From assembly GCA_037142615.1 (NCBI GenBank), contig JBAXAI010000001.1, positions 192,001 to 256,000 of the forward strand: a stretch of 64,000 bases of DNA, written 5' to 3'. The notes below the pieces were generated by a model. It saw only the letters and a list, made by a program, of their open reading frames with translations. It did not search any database and was not told the origin of the DNA. The position numbers were made by a program, and so were the translations under genes. Positions 55,394 to 64,000 of the stretch are shown here, piece after piece. The first letter of the stretch is position 1. Each line of letters begins with the position of its first letter. This DNA is from Spirochaetales bacterium (GTDB lineage: Bacteria; Spirochaetota; Spirochaetia; JABEVK01).

Positions 55394-56764
55394 CTACTTT
55401 GGTCCCATCAAGAAACTCGTGTCGTTGAACAACGTGAAGGCGACCAACATCAGAATCAGAACACCACCGAATTGCTGATACCGAATGAGCACGCGGATCG
55501 GGGTACGTTTGCGCCGCAGTCCTTCGTACAGTTGCAGAACGATGCTGCCGCCGTCGAGCGCAGGAATCGGCAACAGGTTCATGAAGAATAACGCCAAACT
55601 GAGGAAAGCCAGGTCATTGAGCAGGTTTGTCAGCCCTGAGAACCAGCCGGACTCGAAACTTCGGCTGGTTTGCTCGCCGACCATGTAAGAAATTCGGAGG
55701 GGGCCCGAAAGACTCTCACCTGCAGAAACCTGACCGGTGAACAACTGCACGAGGCCCTGAGCCATCTGACCGATCATGGTCGTGGTTTGAAGTCCAGCCG
55801 CGAGGCTCGCGGGGAGCAAGGGCTTTCCTTGTGGAGGATAGGTTTGCCGCGCAAAGGCCACCCCCAAGTCGGTTACGCCTCCGTGGAACTCAGGTACCCA
55901 AGTCAGCAAGACCCGGGTTCCGGCCCTTTCAACGGCTACTTCCAACGCTCCGGCCTTCAGTGGCAGAGCCTTGGAAAGATCGTGGGTGTTATGCACCCTG
56001 ACCCCACCAACTTCTGTTATGAGGTCTCGTGGTTGGAACCCAGCAATATCGCCGGAACTCCCTGCCGTGACTGAGGCTACAACCGGGTCTACCCAGTCCG
56101 AAATACCAATCATGGTGCGCTTCTCGGCTTCGATGTAGCGGGGTGTAACGGGGATCGTCAGCGTAGTTCCCGAGCGTTGAACCTCAAGTACCAAGGACCG
56201 GCCGGAAGCTTGTGCGATCGCCGCCTGCAGGTCTGCGAAACTCCGGGTAGACTTTCCTGAAACTGACAGAATCAAGTCTCCAGACGCTAACCCCGCCTGA
56301 GTCGCGGGGTAGGGAGTCCCAACACTTTCCAACAAGATGATCCTTGCCGGCGAAGACTGCTGCGGAATCCCCGAAAGTTGAAGCACGAAAAAGACCAAGA
56401 AAGCCAGCAGCAAGTTTGCGGCTGGGCCCGCGACCGAAATACCAATGCGGCGCCAGGGCGAAGCGGCGTGGTACGAACCTTCTTCCGGCAACGGCGCCTG
56501 GCTGCCGGGTTGGTTGGCGGCCTCCATGGCTTTGACGAGGTAGTCATCGCCCTTCATTTTGCAGTAGCCACCCAGCGGCAGAAGGCAAAGCCTGTATTCC
56601 GTTTTTCCGGGTTTCCATTTCAAGAGTGTTTTACCCCAACCAAGCGCGAAGGCCTCTACTTCAACCCCTGCCCAGCGTGCCGCTAGAAAATGGCCCAACT
56701 CATGAACGAAGACCACGACCGTCAACCCGACCAACCCGAGCGGAATGTACAAGAGGATCTCCAT
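55394..56764 (-). CDS. rseP: RIP metalloprotease RseP
   Basis: VHELGH, LPLGGYCKM, AGP..N, two PDZ domains, NLLPIPALDGG. Confidence 0.95.
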   Translation of the reverse strand: MEILLYIPLGLVGLTVVVFVHELGHFLAARWAGVEVEAFALGWGKTLLKWKPGKTEYRLCLLPLGGYCKMKGDDYLVKAMEAANQPGSQAPLPEEGSYHAASPWRRIGISVAGPAANLLLAFLVFFVLQLSGIPQQSSPARIILLESVGTPYPATQAGLASGDLILSVSGKSTRSFADLQAAIAQASGRSLVLEVQRSGTTLTIPVTPRYIEAEKRTMIGISDWVDPVVASVTAGSSGDIAGFQPRDLITEVGGVRVHNTHDLSKALPLKAGALEVAVERAGTRVLLTWVPEFHGGVTDLGVAFARQTYPPQGKPLLPASLAAGLQTTTMIGQMAQGLVQLFTGQVSAGESLSGPLRISYMVGEQTSRSFESGWFSGLTNLLNDLAFLSLALFFMNLLPIPALDGGSIVLQLYEGLRRKRTPIRVLIRYQQFGGVLILMLVAFTLFNDTSFLMGPK

Positions 56765-57609
56765 CACCACCTCCCGAACAAGAGAAAGGCATAGAATACG
56801 GGTGCCGAAAATAGGAGGGAATCGACGGAGTCCAAAACCCCACCACGCCCCGGTATCAGGGATCCGGAGTCCTTGACGCCAGCGCTGCGCTTCAAACTCG
56901 ACTCGAAGAGGTCTCCGACAATCGTCGTCAGCGAAAGTACGAGGGCCGCGGCCCCGACAACGATCCAGTGAGTTCCAAGGGAACCAGGAAAGTAATAGGC
57001 CGCAAGGCCCAAGGCCAGAAGAGTCCCGAAAATGCCCCCAGCGAAGCCAACGAGACTCTTGGTGGGGCTGACGTGAAACGGCTTCCAACTCTTTTTGCCC
57101 CAGAGGGTACCGAACACCCAGGCCAGCGCGTCATTGCCAAATGTCGCCAGGCAAAAGACTGCCATCAGGGGTGTCGTGGACGAAAGCGCGAGTATCTTCA
57201 CCAGAAAGTACATAAAGAAACCCGGGTAGATCAGAACAAACAGAATGCCAGTAATTTTCCCGAGGACCGGCTCAAGATTCTGCTCGGTATTGGCAAAAAT
57301 CTGCCGGATAAAGATTGCGACAATGAGCAAAGCCAAAACCACCAGCGTCGTTTCGGGTTTCAGGACACCCCAATTCTCAAGATAGGCCAAGATTGGAAAG
57401 GCAAATCCCAAGACTGTCGGTAGGTACGGGTTGATCACAAAGCCCTTTGACTTCAAGAGAATCGCTGACTCATGGGCTCCAAAGGCCGAAAAGGCCAGAA
57501 TGAGCAGGAACATGGGAAAGAAGCGATACAGGTCCCACACCGAGAGCGCGAGGATGAGCGGGAGTCCCAAAAGAGTAAGGACAATGCGGATCACGGCATT
57601 CTTATTCAC
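56764..57609 (-). CDS. cdsA: phosphatidate cytidylyltransferase
   Basis: SPTKSLVG, GDLFESSLKRSAGVKDSGSLIPGRGGVLD. Confidence 0.95.
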   Translation of the reverse strand: MNKNAVIRIVLTLLGLPLILALSVWDLYRFFPMFLLILAFSAFGAHESAILLKSKGFVINPYLPTVLGFAFPILAYLENWGVLKPETTLVVLALLIVAIFIRQIFANTEQNLEPVLGKITGILFVLIYPGFFMYFLVKILALSSTTPLMAVFCLATFGNDALAWVFGTLWGKKSWKPFHVSPTKSLVGFAGGIFGTLLALGLAAYYFPGSLGTHWIVVGAAALVLSLTTIVGDLFESSLKRSAGVKDSGSLIPGRGGVLDSVDSLLFSAPVFYAFLLFGRW

Positions 57610-58318
57610 GCATTTCCTCCGTATTGTGGCCGCCAAAACGGCGATTCCGCCCCCGATATTCACTCACCGCGGCAATAAGATCCTCGGCGGTCCAGTCGGG
57701 CCAGAGTTTCTCGCTGAAAACCAACTCTGCGTACGCAGACTCCCAAAGTAGGAAGTTGCTCAGTCGAAGTTCTCCGGCCGTCCGGATTACCAAGTCTACC
57801 GGTGGTAGCGCTTGGTCGAGGAAGCTGGAAAACGTTGCAGCGGTCAACTCGGAACGAACGGGTTCCGAGGCCCAACGGCGAACCGCACGGAGAATCTCGT
57901 CCTGGCCTCCGTAGTTGATCGCAAGATTAACGGTTAGGCCCTCGAAGGCCGCCGTGTCATTTACCACTTGGTGGAGATCCTGTTGGACCTCGGTGGGAAG
58001 GCCCTCGGAATCTCCGGAGTGCACGACCCGGATGCGGTTTTCGCGGTAGAAGTCCCATTCCCGCAACAAGTGTGTCTTGAGCAGGAACATCAAGAAGGAG
58101 ACTTCCTGTTCGGCCCGCTTCCAGTTCTCGGTTGAAAAGACATAGAGAGACAGATAACGTATCCCTAAATCAGAGGCGGCCTTGGTGATGGCCTTGGCCA
58201 CCTTGAGCCCCTCTTTGTGTCCCTCGGAACGTGGAATCTTGCGACCGGCAGCCCAACGTCCATTGCCATCCATAATGATACCGAGGTGCACGGGAACGGA
58301 AGCTGTGGCTAGGGCCAT
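57602..58318 (-). CDS. uppS: undecaprenyl diphosphate synthase
   Basis: HLGIIMDGNGRWA, FSTENWKR, NYGG, IRTAGELRLSNFLLW. Confidence 0.96.
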   Translation of the reverse strand: MALATASVPVHLGIIMDGNGRWAAGRKIPRSEGHKEGLKVAKAITKAASDLGIRYLSLYVFSTENWKRAEQEVSFLMFLLKTHLLREWDFYRENRIRVVHSGDSEGLPTEVQQDLHQVVNDTAAFEGLTVNLAINYGGQDEILRAVRRWASEPVRSELTAATFSSFLDQALPPVDLVIRTAGELRLSNFLLWESAYAELVFSEKLWPDWTAEDLIAAVSEYRGRNRRFGGHNTEEMRE

Positions 58319-58319
58319 G

Positions 58320-58868
58320 TCAGATTTCCAGAATTTCCTTTTCTTTTTCGGCGGCAAGGCGGTCAATGTCCTTGATCGAGGCATCCGTGACTTTCTGGAT
58401 CTCGTCAAGGGCCTTCTTGGCCTCGTCCTCGGTCAACTCATTGTCCTTCTGAAGCTTTTTGTAGGCCTCGTTGATATCGCGGCGGATATTACGGACGGCA
58501 ACCCGGTAGGTCTCGGCCATTGTCTTGGCTTGTTTGACAAGATCCTTGCGGCGGGCTTCGTTGAGCGGAGGAAAATTGATTCGGATTACTTTGCCGTCGT
58601 TGCTGGGAGTCAGCGACAGGTCACTCGAAAGAAGTGCTTTCTCAATGTCACCGATGACCCCTTTGTCCCAGGGTTGGATAACTACCATGCGTGCCTCGGG
58701 GACAGAGATATTTGCCACTTGGCTCAACGGTGTTTTGGCACCGTAGTATTCGACTTGAATCCGCTCAAAGAGGGCAGGAGTTGCACGTCCCGTGCGGAGA
58801 AGAGAATATTCATCCTGAAGGCTTTTCAGGCTTTTTTTCATTTTCGCTTCCGCGTCGGCTTTCAACAT
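58320..58868 (-). CDS. frr: ribosome recycling factor
   Basis: LRTGRATP, IQPWD, PSNDG, VRNIRRD, KEKEILEI. Confidence 0.97.
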   Translation of the reverse strand: MLKADAEAKMKKSLKSLQDEYSLLRTGRATPALFERIQVEYYGAKTPLSQVANISVPEARMVVIQPWDKGVIGDIEKALLSSDLSLTPSNDGKVIRINFPPLNEARRKDLVKQAKTMAETYRVAVRNIRRDINEAYKKLQKDNELTEDEAKKALDEIQKVTDASIKDIDRLAAEKEKEILEI

Positions 58869-58886
58869 TGCTGCCCTCCTGAGACT

Positions 58887-59735
58887 TTAGGCTTCGAGCC
58901 CGATCTGAACATAGGCGAAGGCGGCGATTTCAACCTTGGAGCCCAGGTCCTTGCTGAGTTTATCAGCTGCCTGCGCTACGGTGATCTTGTCGTCTTTGAC
59001 GAAAGGCTGGTCCACGAAGCACAACTGCTTGAGAAGCTTTTCGACCTTGCCCTTCATGATTCCCACGACGATGTTGTCGGGCTTGCCTACCAACTGTTCA
59101 GCATCGCGCACGCGCATGATTTCTTCCTGTTCCTTGATCCAACTGGCGTCGACTTTGGTGCGGTCCAAAAAGGCGGGGTTGAAGGCGGCAGCGTGAAGCG
59201 CGAGGTCAAACCCGAACTGCTTGACCTTGGCGTCGGAGGCCTTGGCAGGATCGGCCACCTTGACCTTGACCAAGACGCCGATCCGGCCTTCGCCGTGAAG
59301 GTAAGGCACAACCACTTCGCCGGAGGCAACACCGAGGGACTTGTAGGTCTTGATTGACAGGTTTTCCTTCGTCTTGGCAGCAAGGTCCGACAAAGCTGCC
59401 AGCGCATTGTCATTCGGTGCCGACGCTCCGTCCTTGACCAGAGCGTCGATGATCGCCTGGCCCGTGGTGACAAAGTCGCTGTTTCGCGCCACAAAGTCAG
59501 TTTCACAAGAGATTTCCATCACCGCCGCGAGAGTACCGCTGAGCGATGTAAAAACCCTGCCTTCGGTGGCCGAACGGCCGGATCGTTTGGCGACAGCTGC
59601 CAAACCTTTTTCCTTCAGGATCTTTTCAGCGCCGGCAAAATCTCCGCCGGCCTTTTCGAGAGCGTCTTTGCAGTCTCCGAAGCCGGCGCCCGTCTTGTCG
59701 CGCAGCTTTTTGACGTCGAGAGGATTAACAGCCAT
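58887..59735 (-). CDS. tsf: elongation factor Ts
   Basis: VKKLRDKTGAG..DCK.AL, CETDFVA. Confidence 0.97.
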   Translation of the reverse strand: MAVNPLDVKKLRDKTGAGFGDCKDALEKAGGDFAGAEKILKEKGLAAVAKRSGRSATEGRVFTSLSGTLAAVMEISCETDFVARNSDFVTTGQAIIDALVKDGASAPNDNALAALSDLAAKTKENLSIKTYKSLGVASGEVVVPYLHGEGRIGVLVKVKVADPAKASDAKVKQFGFDLALHAAAFNPAFLDRTKVDASWIKEQEEIMRVRDAEQLVGKPDNIVVGIMKGKVEKLLKQLCFVDQPFVKDDKITVAQAADKLSKDLGSKVEIAAFAYVQIGLEA

Positions 59736-59754
59736 TTCTTTTCAAGCTCCTGAG

Positions 59755-60552
59755 TTATTCGTCTTCTTCGTCGAGCTGGGCAGCGATGCTGGAGCCCGAC
59801 TTGGCAAAGCCCTGATCGTCCATTCCGGGGGTGTCATCTTCCTGAAGACTGTCGATGACAGTCAGGCCGATTTCATTGTCGGCTTCGATGACAGCGTTGG
59901 CGATGATCTGGGTGAACAGCGTAATGGCGCGAATCGCGTCGTCGTTTCCCGGGATCGGAAAGTCAATACCTTCCGGGTTGCAGTTGGTGTCGACCACGGC
60001 GATGATCGGTATGCCCTGCCGACGGGCTTCGGCGATGGCGATGGCTTCCTTGCGGGGATCAATGACAAAAAGGATGCCTGGGAGTTCCTTCATTTCCTTG
60101 ATACCGCCGAGGTTCTTCTCGAGCTTGGCCTTTTCTTTGCCAAGCATGGCGATTTCTTTCTTGGTGAGGTGACCGTAGGTGCCGTCAACTTCCATCTTTT
60201 CGATCTTCTTGAGGCGCATAAGCGACTTCTTGATGGTGGAGAAGTTGGTCAACATGCCGCCAAGCCAGCGGTTGTTCACGTAGAACATGTTACAGCGTTC
60301 TGCTTCGGTCTGGATCGAGGTTTGGGCCTGCTTTTTGGTACCAACGAAGAGCACGGTTTTGCCGTCCAGCACGGTCTTGCGGACAGCGTTGTACGCTTCC
60401 TTGATCGCCTGAATCGTCTTCTGCAGGTCGATGATATGGATGCCGTTGCGTTCCGCGAAGATAAACTTCTTCATGCGGGGGTCCCAACGTTTGGTCTGAT
60501 GACCGAAATGCACACCTGACTCGAGCAGGTTCTTCATAGTGACTACAGCCAA
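59755..60552 (-). CDS. rpsB: 30S ribosomal protein S2
   Basis: [28 protein letters not shown]; TTG start with AAGGAGG. Confidence 0.97.
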   Translation of the reverse strand: MAVVTMKNLLESGVHFGHQTKRWDPRMKKFIFAERNGIHIIDLQKTIQAIKEAYNAVRKTVLDGKTVLFVGTKKQAQTSIQTEAERCNMFYVNNRWLGGMLTNFSTIKKSLMRLKKIEKMEVDGTYGHLTKKEIAMLGKEKAKLEKNLGGIKEMKELPGILFVIDPRKEAIAIAEARRQGIPIIAVVDTNCNPEGIDFPIPGNDDAIRAITLFTQIIANAVIEADNEIGLTVIDSLQEDDTPGMDDQGFAKSGSSIAAQLDEEDE

Positions 60553-60671
60553 GGTAGTCCTCCTTAGTGTTCACCGGGCAACGAGTTGCTGCCAAGTGCT
60601 ACGTCTCATATTTCACGACATCCGCGAGTACCCAAGTGGAACCCGCCGGCGCGGAGATTTCCCGTAGCCAA

Positions 60672-61292
60672 TCACTGTCGGCCCGGGATAGGTAGATGAC
60701 GAGAAAGAATGCCATAAACCTCGGCCAAAGGCAAGCCCACGACGTTGCTCCAGGAACCGTGGATTCGATCGACCAGGCAGATGCCGGACTCCTGGACACG
60801 ATAACCACCGGCCACGCCTTCCCATTCTCCTGTCTCGAGATAGCCGCGGTAGAGACCTTCGTTCCAAGGAAGAAAGCGGATCGATGTCAAGACGACCCGG
60901 GTCGCCAGACGCCTCGTGGGAAGCCATAGAGTAACGGCGGTGAGCACTTGATGGTGGTGGCCTGAAAGTTCCCGATACCACTGCAACGCTTGATCCGAGT
61001 CTGTCGGCTTGTTGAGGGCCCGACCTCGGAAACTAATCAAGGTGTCGGCAGTGAGTACTGGCAGGCTGTTCTCGGGATGGGCGGTTGCGAAGTGCATAGC
61101 CTTCTCGCGGCTGAGCCTTCGGGCTTGGGCCGTGGGCTTTTCCCGTGGCAAGGGGACTTCTTGCCACGGATTGGTGACCACCCGAAACGGTATGCCCAAG
61201 GTCGCCAACAGGGCCTCGCGCCGGGGGGAGGTTGAGGCGAGCAGGAGAAGAGGTGCCGAATCAGTCACAGCCAAGTTGCCCCTGTCAGCCAA
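60672..61292 (-). CDS. maf: Maf family nucleotide pyrophosphatase
   Basis: LLLASTSPRR, KA, LTADT, LSG..H.V.T, NVVGLP; exact start uncertain. Confidence 0.9.
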   Translation of the reverse strand: MADRGNLAVTDSAPLLLLASTSPRREALLATLGIPFRVVTNPWQEVPLPREKPTAQARRLSREKAMHFATAHPENSLPVLTADTLISFRGRALNKPTDSDQALQWYRELSGHHHQVLTAVTLWLPTRRLATRVVLTSIRFLPWNEGLYRGYLETGEWEGVAGGYRVQESGICLVDRIHGSWSNVVGLPLAEVYGILSRHLPIPGRQ

Positions 61293-61434
61293 AAGTTAAG
61301 CCCCGTGTTCACGCACGTACTCTGAGGTAAATCTACGCTAGGTAGCGGATTAGTTTCAAGCCGAGTCTGATTGAAAATGGGCGGTTTTGGGGGTCTAGCT
61401 GAAGTATAGCTGAGTACAGGTAAACCAAGATGGC

Positions 61435-61855
61435 CTACGAGAGCGTGATCCCTTCGGACTCAAGGAGGTGCTTGCGCACTGTGTCCAGAATCTCCTGGGC
61501 CTGTGTCAATCCTTTCTCCGCCTCACTCCGATCAAACTTGATGTGGGCATCATCGTCGCCGCTCTGACGGTAACTGAACAGGGTTTCCAGGTTCCGAGCC
61601 GTGGAGGGGGGGAAATGAACCACCATGGACGAACAGTTTGTTGAACTGACCAAGGAGTTGCTTGTGACTGTCGAACGCTTGGCCCCTCAGGAAGAACAGA
61701 AGCGTAACGGCGTGGAAGGCGCTGTAGTACGCCCTAGAGAGGCAATCGTTGAAGAGGTCTAGATCACGCAGTGCCATTGCGGCCTTCTGCTTCTCCAGAA
61801 CCAAGGCCCGCAAATCGTGGACTTCCGCCAACTGCTCCGCGCTGCGAGACGTCAC
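61435..61855 (-). pseudogene. HEPN domain toxin, frameshifted at a C7 run
   Basis: N-half SRAYYSAFHA...SHKQLLGQF in one frame, C-half LFSYRQSGDDD...AEK...AQE in another; removing one C from 61606-61612 joins them. Confidence 0.85.
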
Positions 61856-62190
61856 GCGAGTCGAACTCCATGACTGAGGACATTCATTCCCAGTGGCCCG
61901 TTTTTGCTCCTGGCCCAAAGTTCTGGGGTGTAGACAATACTCCCCACCAACTCGCCAAGACCGTCGAGAATCCTATAATTGGCGTCGGCGACGGTTGAAC
62001 GGGACTCCTTGATGTCGCCTTCAGCCACGACGATCAGATCGTAGTCGGAGTTCTCATGGTGATCGCCCCTGGCCCTGGACCCAAACAACCACAGTTCCTT
62101 GAGGCGAGGCCCAAGGAGCGTTCGCAAATCTCGAGTGTACGAGACGAGGACGGGGTCAGAGGTTTGCTGTGGGGCGGCTACGAAGTCCAT
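61852..62190 (-). CDS. minimal nucleotidyltransferase (MNT) antitoxin
   Basis: LFGSRARGD....SDYDLIVV; GTGA overlap with the HEPN gene; promoter TTCACC-N17-TAAAGT. Confidence 0.9.
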   Translation of the reverse strand: MDFVAAPQQTSDPVLVSYTRDLRTLLGPRLKELWLFGSRARGDHHENSDYDLIVVAEGDIKESRSTVADANYRILDGLGELVGSIVYTPELWARSKNGPLGMNVLSHGVRLA

Positions 62191-62345
62191 GAGCCACTTT
62201 ACACCAACGATCGCGTTCGGTGAATACGCTGGAAGGTCGTGGATAGATTCACCATTCCCCGGGCTTGAGTTCGACATGTGGAACCTTCTCGCGAAGGACC
62301 ACCTCGACGTCGAGTGTGGCGAGAACTGCGAAGAGCCTTTCAAAG

Positions 62346-63400
62346 CTAGCACGCTGAGGTCGCTTCTCTAGGATCGAGTATGCCTGCTGAGACATCGCCG
62401 TCCGAACCGAGGTTTCTGCTTGGGTGAGTCCTTTGACTTTCCGAAAGGCCCGAAGAGTACCGGTCGGTCATGCGCCAATCAGAGTGCCCCACGGTTTGGC
62501 GCAGTTTCGCCTCGGGCACGTTGTTTTCGATCGCAAGCGTGATACAGGTATGGCGAAGGCTGTGCCAAACGAGATTCCAATTTCTCGCAGCGCACCCGCC
62601 AGGCATTCGGCAAAGAGATTGTGAGCGGGGGTTTTTGGGAGTCGCTCAATGAAGGAAAGACCAAGTCACGGGGCATTTGCCGCATCCGATAGGTCGTGGC
62701 CAGGTCCGCAAAGAGCGCGAACATGGCTGGCACAATTGCCGGGGTGCGGTCTTTCCCTGACTTTGCCGTAGGGTTGGGAAGGTTGTCACGCCCCCACGTC
62801 TCCGTGACCAGAATTTAGGTGGGGTGGACATTCTCCCACCGCAGTCCCCGAACCTCACCTGCGCGCATTCCTGTCAGCAACGAAAGGACGATCGCCGTTC
62901 GGTAGAGGATTTTTCCACTGTGCCAGATCGCGGGCGAAATAAGGGCGGCTACTTCAGTTGAGGTGAGTGCCCCCCGTTCCTTGGCGTGTACCACCGCTGG
63001 CTTTACCGACCGAGCTGGATTGGAAAGCATAAGCCCGTCCGCCAAGGCGAAATCCAATAGGATCCGCAGGTTGAAAAGGTCGTGGTTGATCATTTGGCCG
63101 GAAAGGTTACCAGACGCAAAGGCTTCGAGAACCCAGTTGTCAATGGACTCAGTCGAGAGGTCCTTGAACTTGACCTGGCCGAACATGGGCAAGAGGTGAT
63201 TGCGGGTGATCGAAATCCGGTCGGCCAATTTGGATCGCCCGATAGGCTTGCCCCGGCTCGTCTTGGCCTTGAAGTACCGGGTTTTCCAGAAGAACTCGAC
63301 ATCATTGAGCAAAGTTCGGCGATTTCCACCGGATTCCGTGAATTGAACCACGAAAACCGGCGAACCTGCCCGCTGAAAAATGGAATAGGATCGCCCGTTG
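62346..63400 (-). pseudogene. tyrosine integrase pseudogene
   Basis: TGMRAGEVRGLRW, in-frame TAA at 62815-62817, KSGKDR, frameshift near 62610, then WHSLRHT, VGHSD, MTDRY. Confidence 0.9.
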
Positions 63401-63445
63401 TCGGGTGGATCATCTTAAGTCTCTACACCGTAGAAACTTATTCTA

Positions 63446-63519
63446 TGAACACGGCCAGGCTCGAACTGGCCACCTTCGGCTCCGGAGGCCGACGCTCTAT
63501 CCAAATGAGCTACGTGTCC
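63446..63519 (-). tRNA. tRNA-Arg(CCG)
   Basis: GGACACGTAGCTCATTTGGATAGAGCGTCGGCCTCCGGAGCCGAAGGTGGCCAGTTCGAGCCTGGCCGTGTTCA; anticodon CCG; no encoded CCA. Confidence 0.95.
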
Positions 63520-63609
63520 GACGGGACCAAAATACCCCAAAAGGACTCCTTTGTACAGAGGCTTGAGAATCCGCTTGCAGGAGCCCGAGTTTTGGAGTCA
63601 ACATGGGCA

Positions 63610-64000
63610 ATGACTCTGGAAACGCTCTTGGACAGACTCCTTCGCGAAACGGAACTCCCCTACCTGGACCGGTGGTTTGCCGGGATTTGCCGTGAAAACC
63701 ACTGGAACATCGGCGAACAAAGAGTCCTTTGGGACGGCCTGAGGCGCTCACTTGCAGGCGCTTTGGGGCTTGTTCCCGCAGCGAAGCAAGACGGCGACTC
63801 CAGCTGGGCCCTGGTTCGTGGCGCCTTGATGGGAAAGTCCTCACAGTGGGTACGGGCCACCTGGAAGACCTCACCCTCGACACCCACTGAGGCCGGAGTT
63901 CCGGGCTGGCTTTTGCCCCAATGGGACGCAAGAGTGGCAAGATCAAAGTGGAGTCCAGAGCAGCAACTTTTATTTCTGGGGTCCCAGATACTGGCGGCCC
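63610..64000 (+). CDS. partial CDS, possibly the N-terminus of an RsmB/NOP2 RNA methyltransferase
   Basis: Frame open from ATG 63610 to the window edge: MTLETLLDRLL...GVPGWLLPQW...FLGSQILAA. The P.WL...W motif is only suggestive. Confidence 0.5.
   Translation, partial: MTLETLLDRLLRETELPYLDRWFAGICRENHWNIGEQRVLWDGLRRSLAGALGLVPAAKQDGDSSWALVRGALMGKSSQWVRATWKTSPSTPTEAGVPGWLLPQWDARVARSKWSPEQQLLFLGSQILAA

Larger units (their letters stand above)
61396..63445. mobile_element. decayed integrative element remnant at tRNA-Arg
   Basis: tRNA 3' end, then broken integrase, MNT-HEPN pair, and tandem repeat TAGCTGAAGTA/TAGCTGAGTA at the distal edge. Boundaries approximate. Confidence 0.65.

Noticed and set aside
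60553-60671. Possible S2 (t44) leader upstream of rpsB
   Set aside because: Position fits, but I could not match the conserved motifs by eye; needs an Infernal search.
61303-61311. CCGTGTTCA matching the tRNA-Arg 3' end as a possible att site
   Set aside because: Inverted relative to the tRNA and only 9 bp; an att duplication should be a direct repeat.
62815-62817. Programmed readthrough in the integrase
   Set aside because: The stop is TAA and a separate frameshift follows; decay is the simpler explanation.
63497-63946. Minus-strand ORFs 63497-63946 and 63660-63887
   Set aside because: The longer one overlaps tRNA-Arg, and both are antisense to the open plus-strand frame from 63610.

Overview
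Mostly core chromosome of a GC-rich spirochete. The FlaA sheath protein, spiro-SPASM protein and UPF0164 protein point to Spirochaetales, and FlaA closely resembles Spirochaeta aurantia FlaA as I recall it (not verified). The window holds about 65 CDS and 3 tRNAs (Val-TAC, Gly-TCC, Arg-CCG). In order: an envelope/signalling operon (helical-repeat protein, very large PP2C/SpoIIE sensor, accessory exported proteins) divergent from a UPF0164 gene; xseAB; a coupled spiro-SPASM / glycosyltransferase / cytidylyltransferase / methyltransferase / ATP-grasp operon ending at amidase-GerMN-flaA; tex; ilvBN; SET-CruF-WD40; glgP; an RpoS-like sigma factor with a clear sigma54 promoter; solitary groES; purB-guaB-purA-guaA; galM/fadD; glk with UDPGP; rpsF-ssb-rpsR-rplI-dnaB; rpsB-tsf-frr-uppS-cdsA-rseP (no pyrH, no dxr); and a decayed integrase island at tRNA-Arg carrying an MNT-HEPN pair with a frameshifted HEPN gene. 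Non-coding patterns include at least 8 apparently leaderless genes, promoters built on upstream stop codons, and two small ORFs missing from the ORF track. No CRISPR array, rRNA or intact mobile element was seen. All family calls are motif recognition by eye, not database searches.
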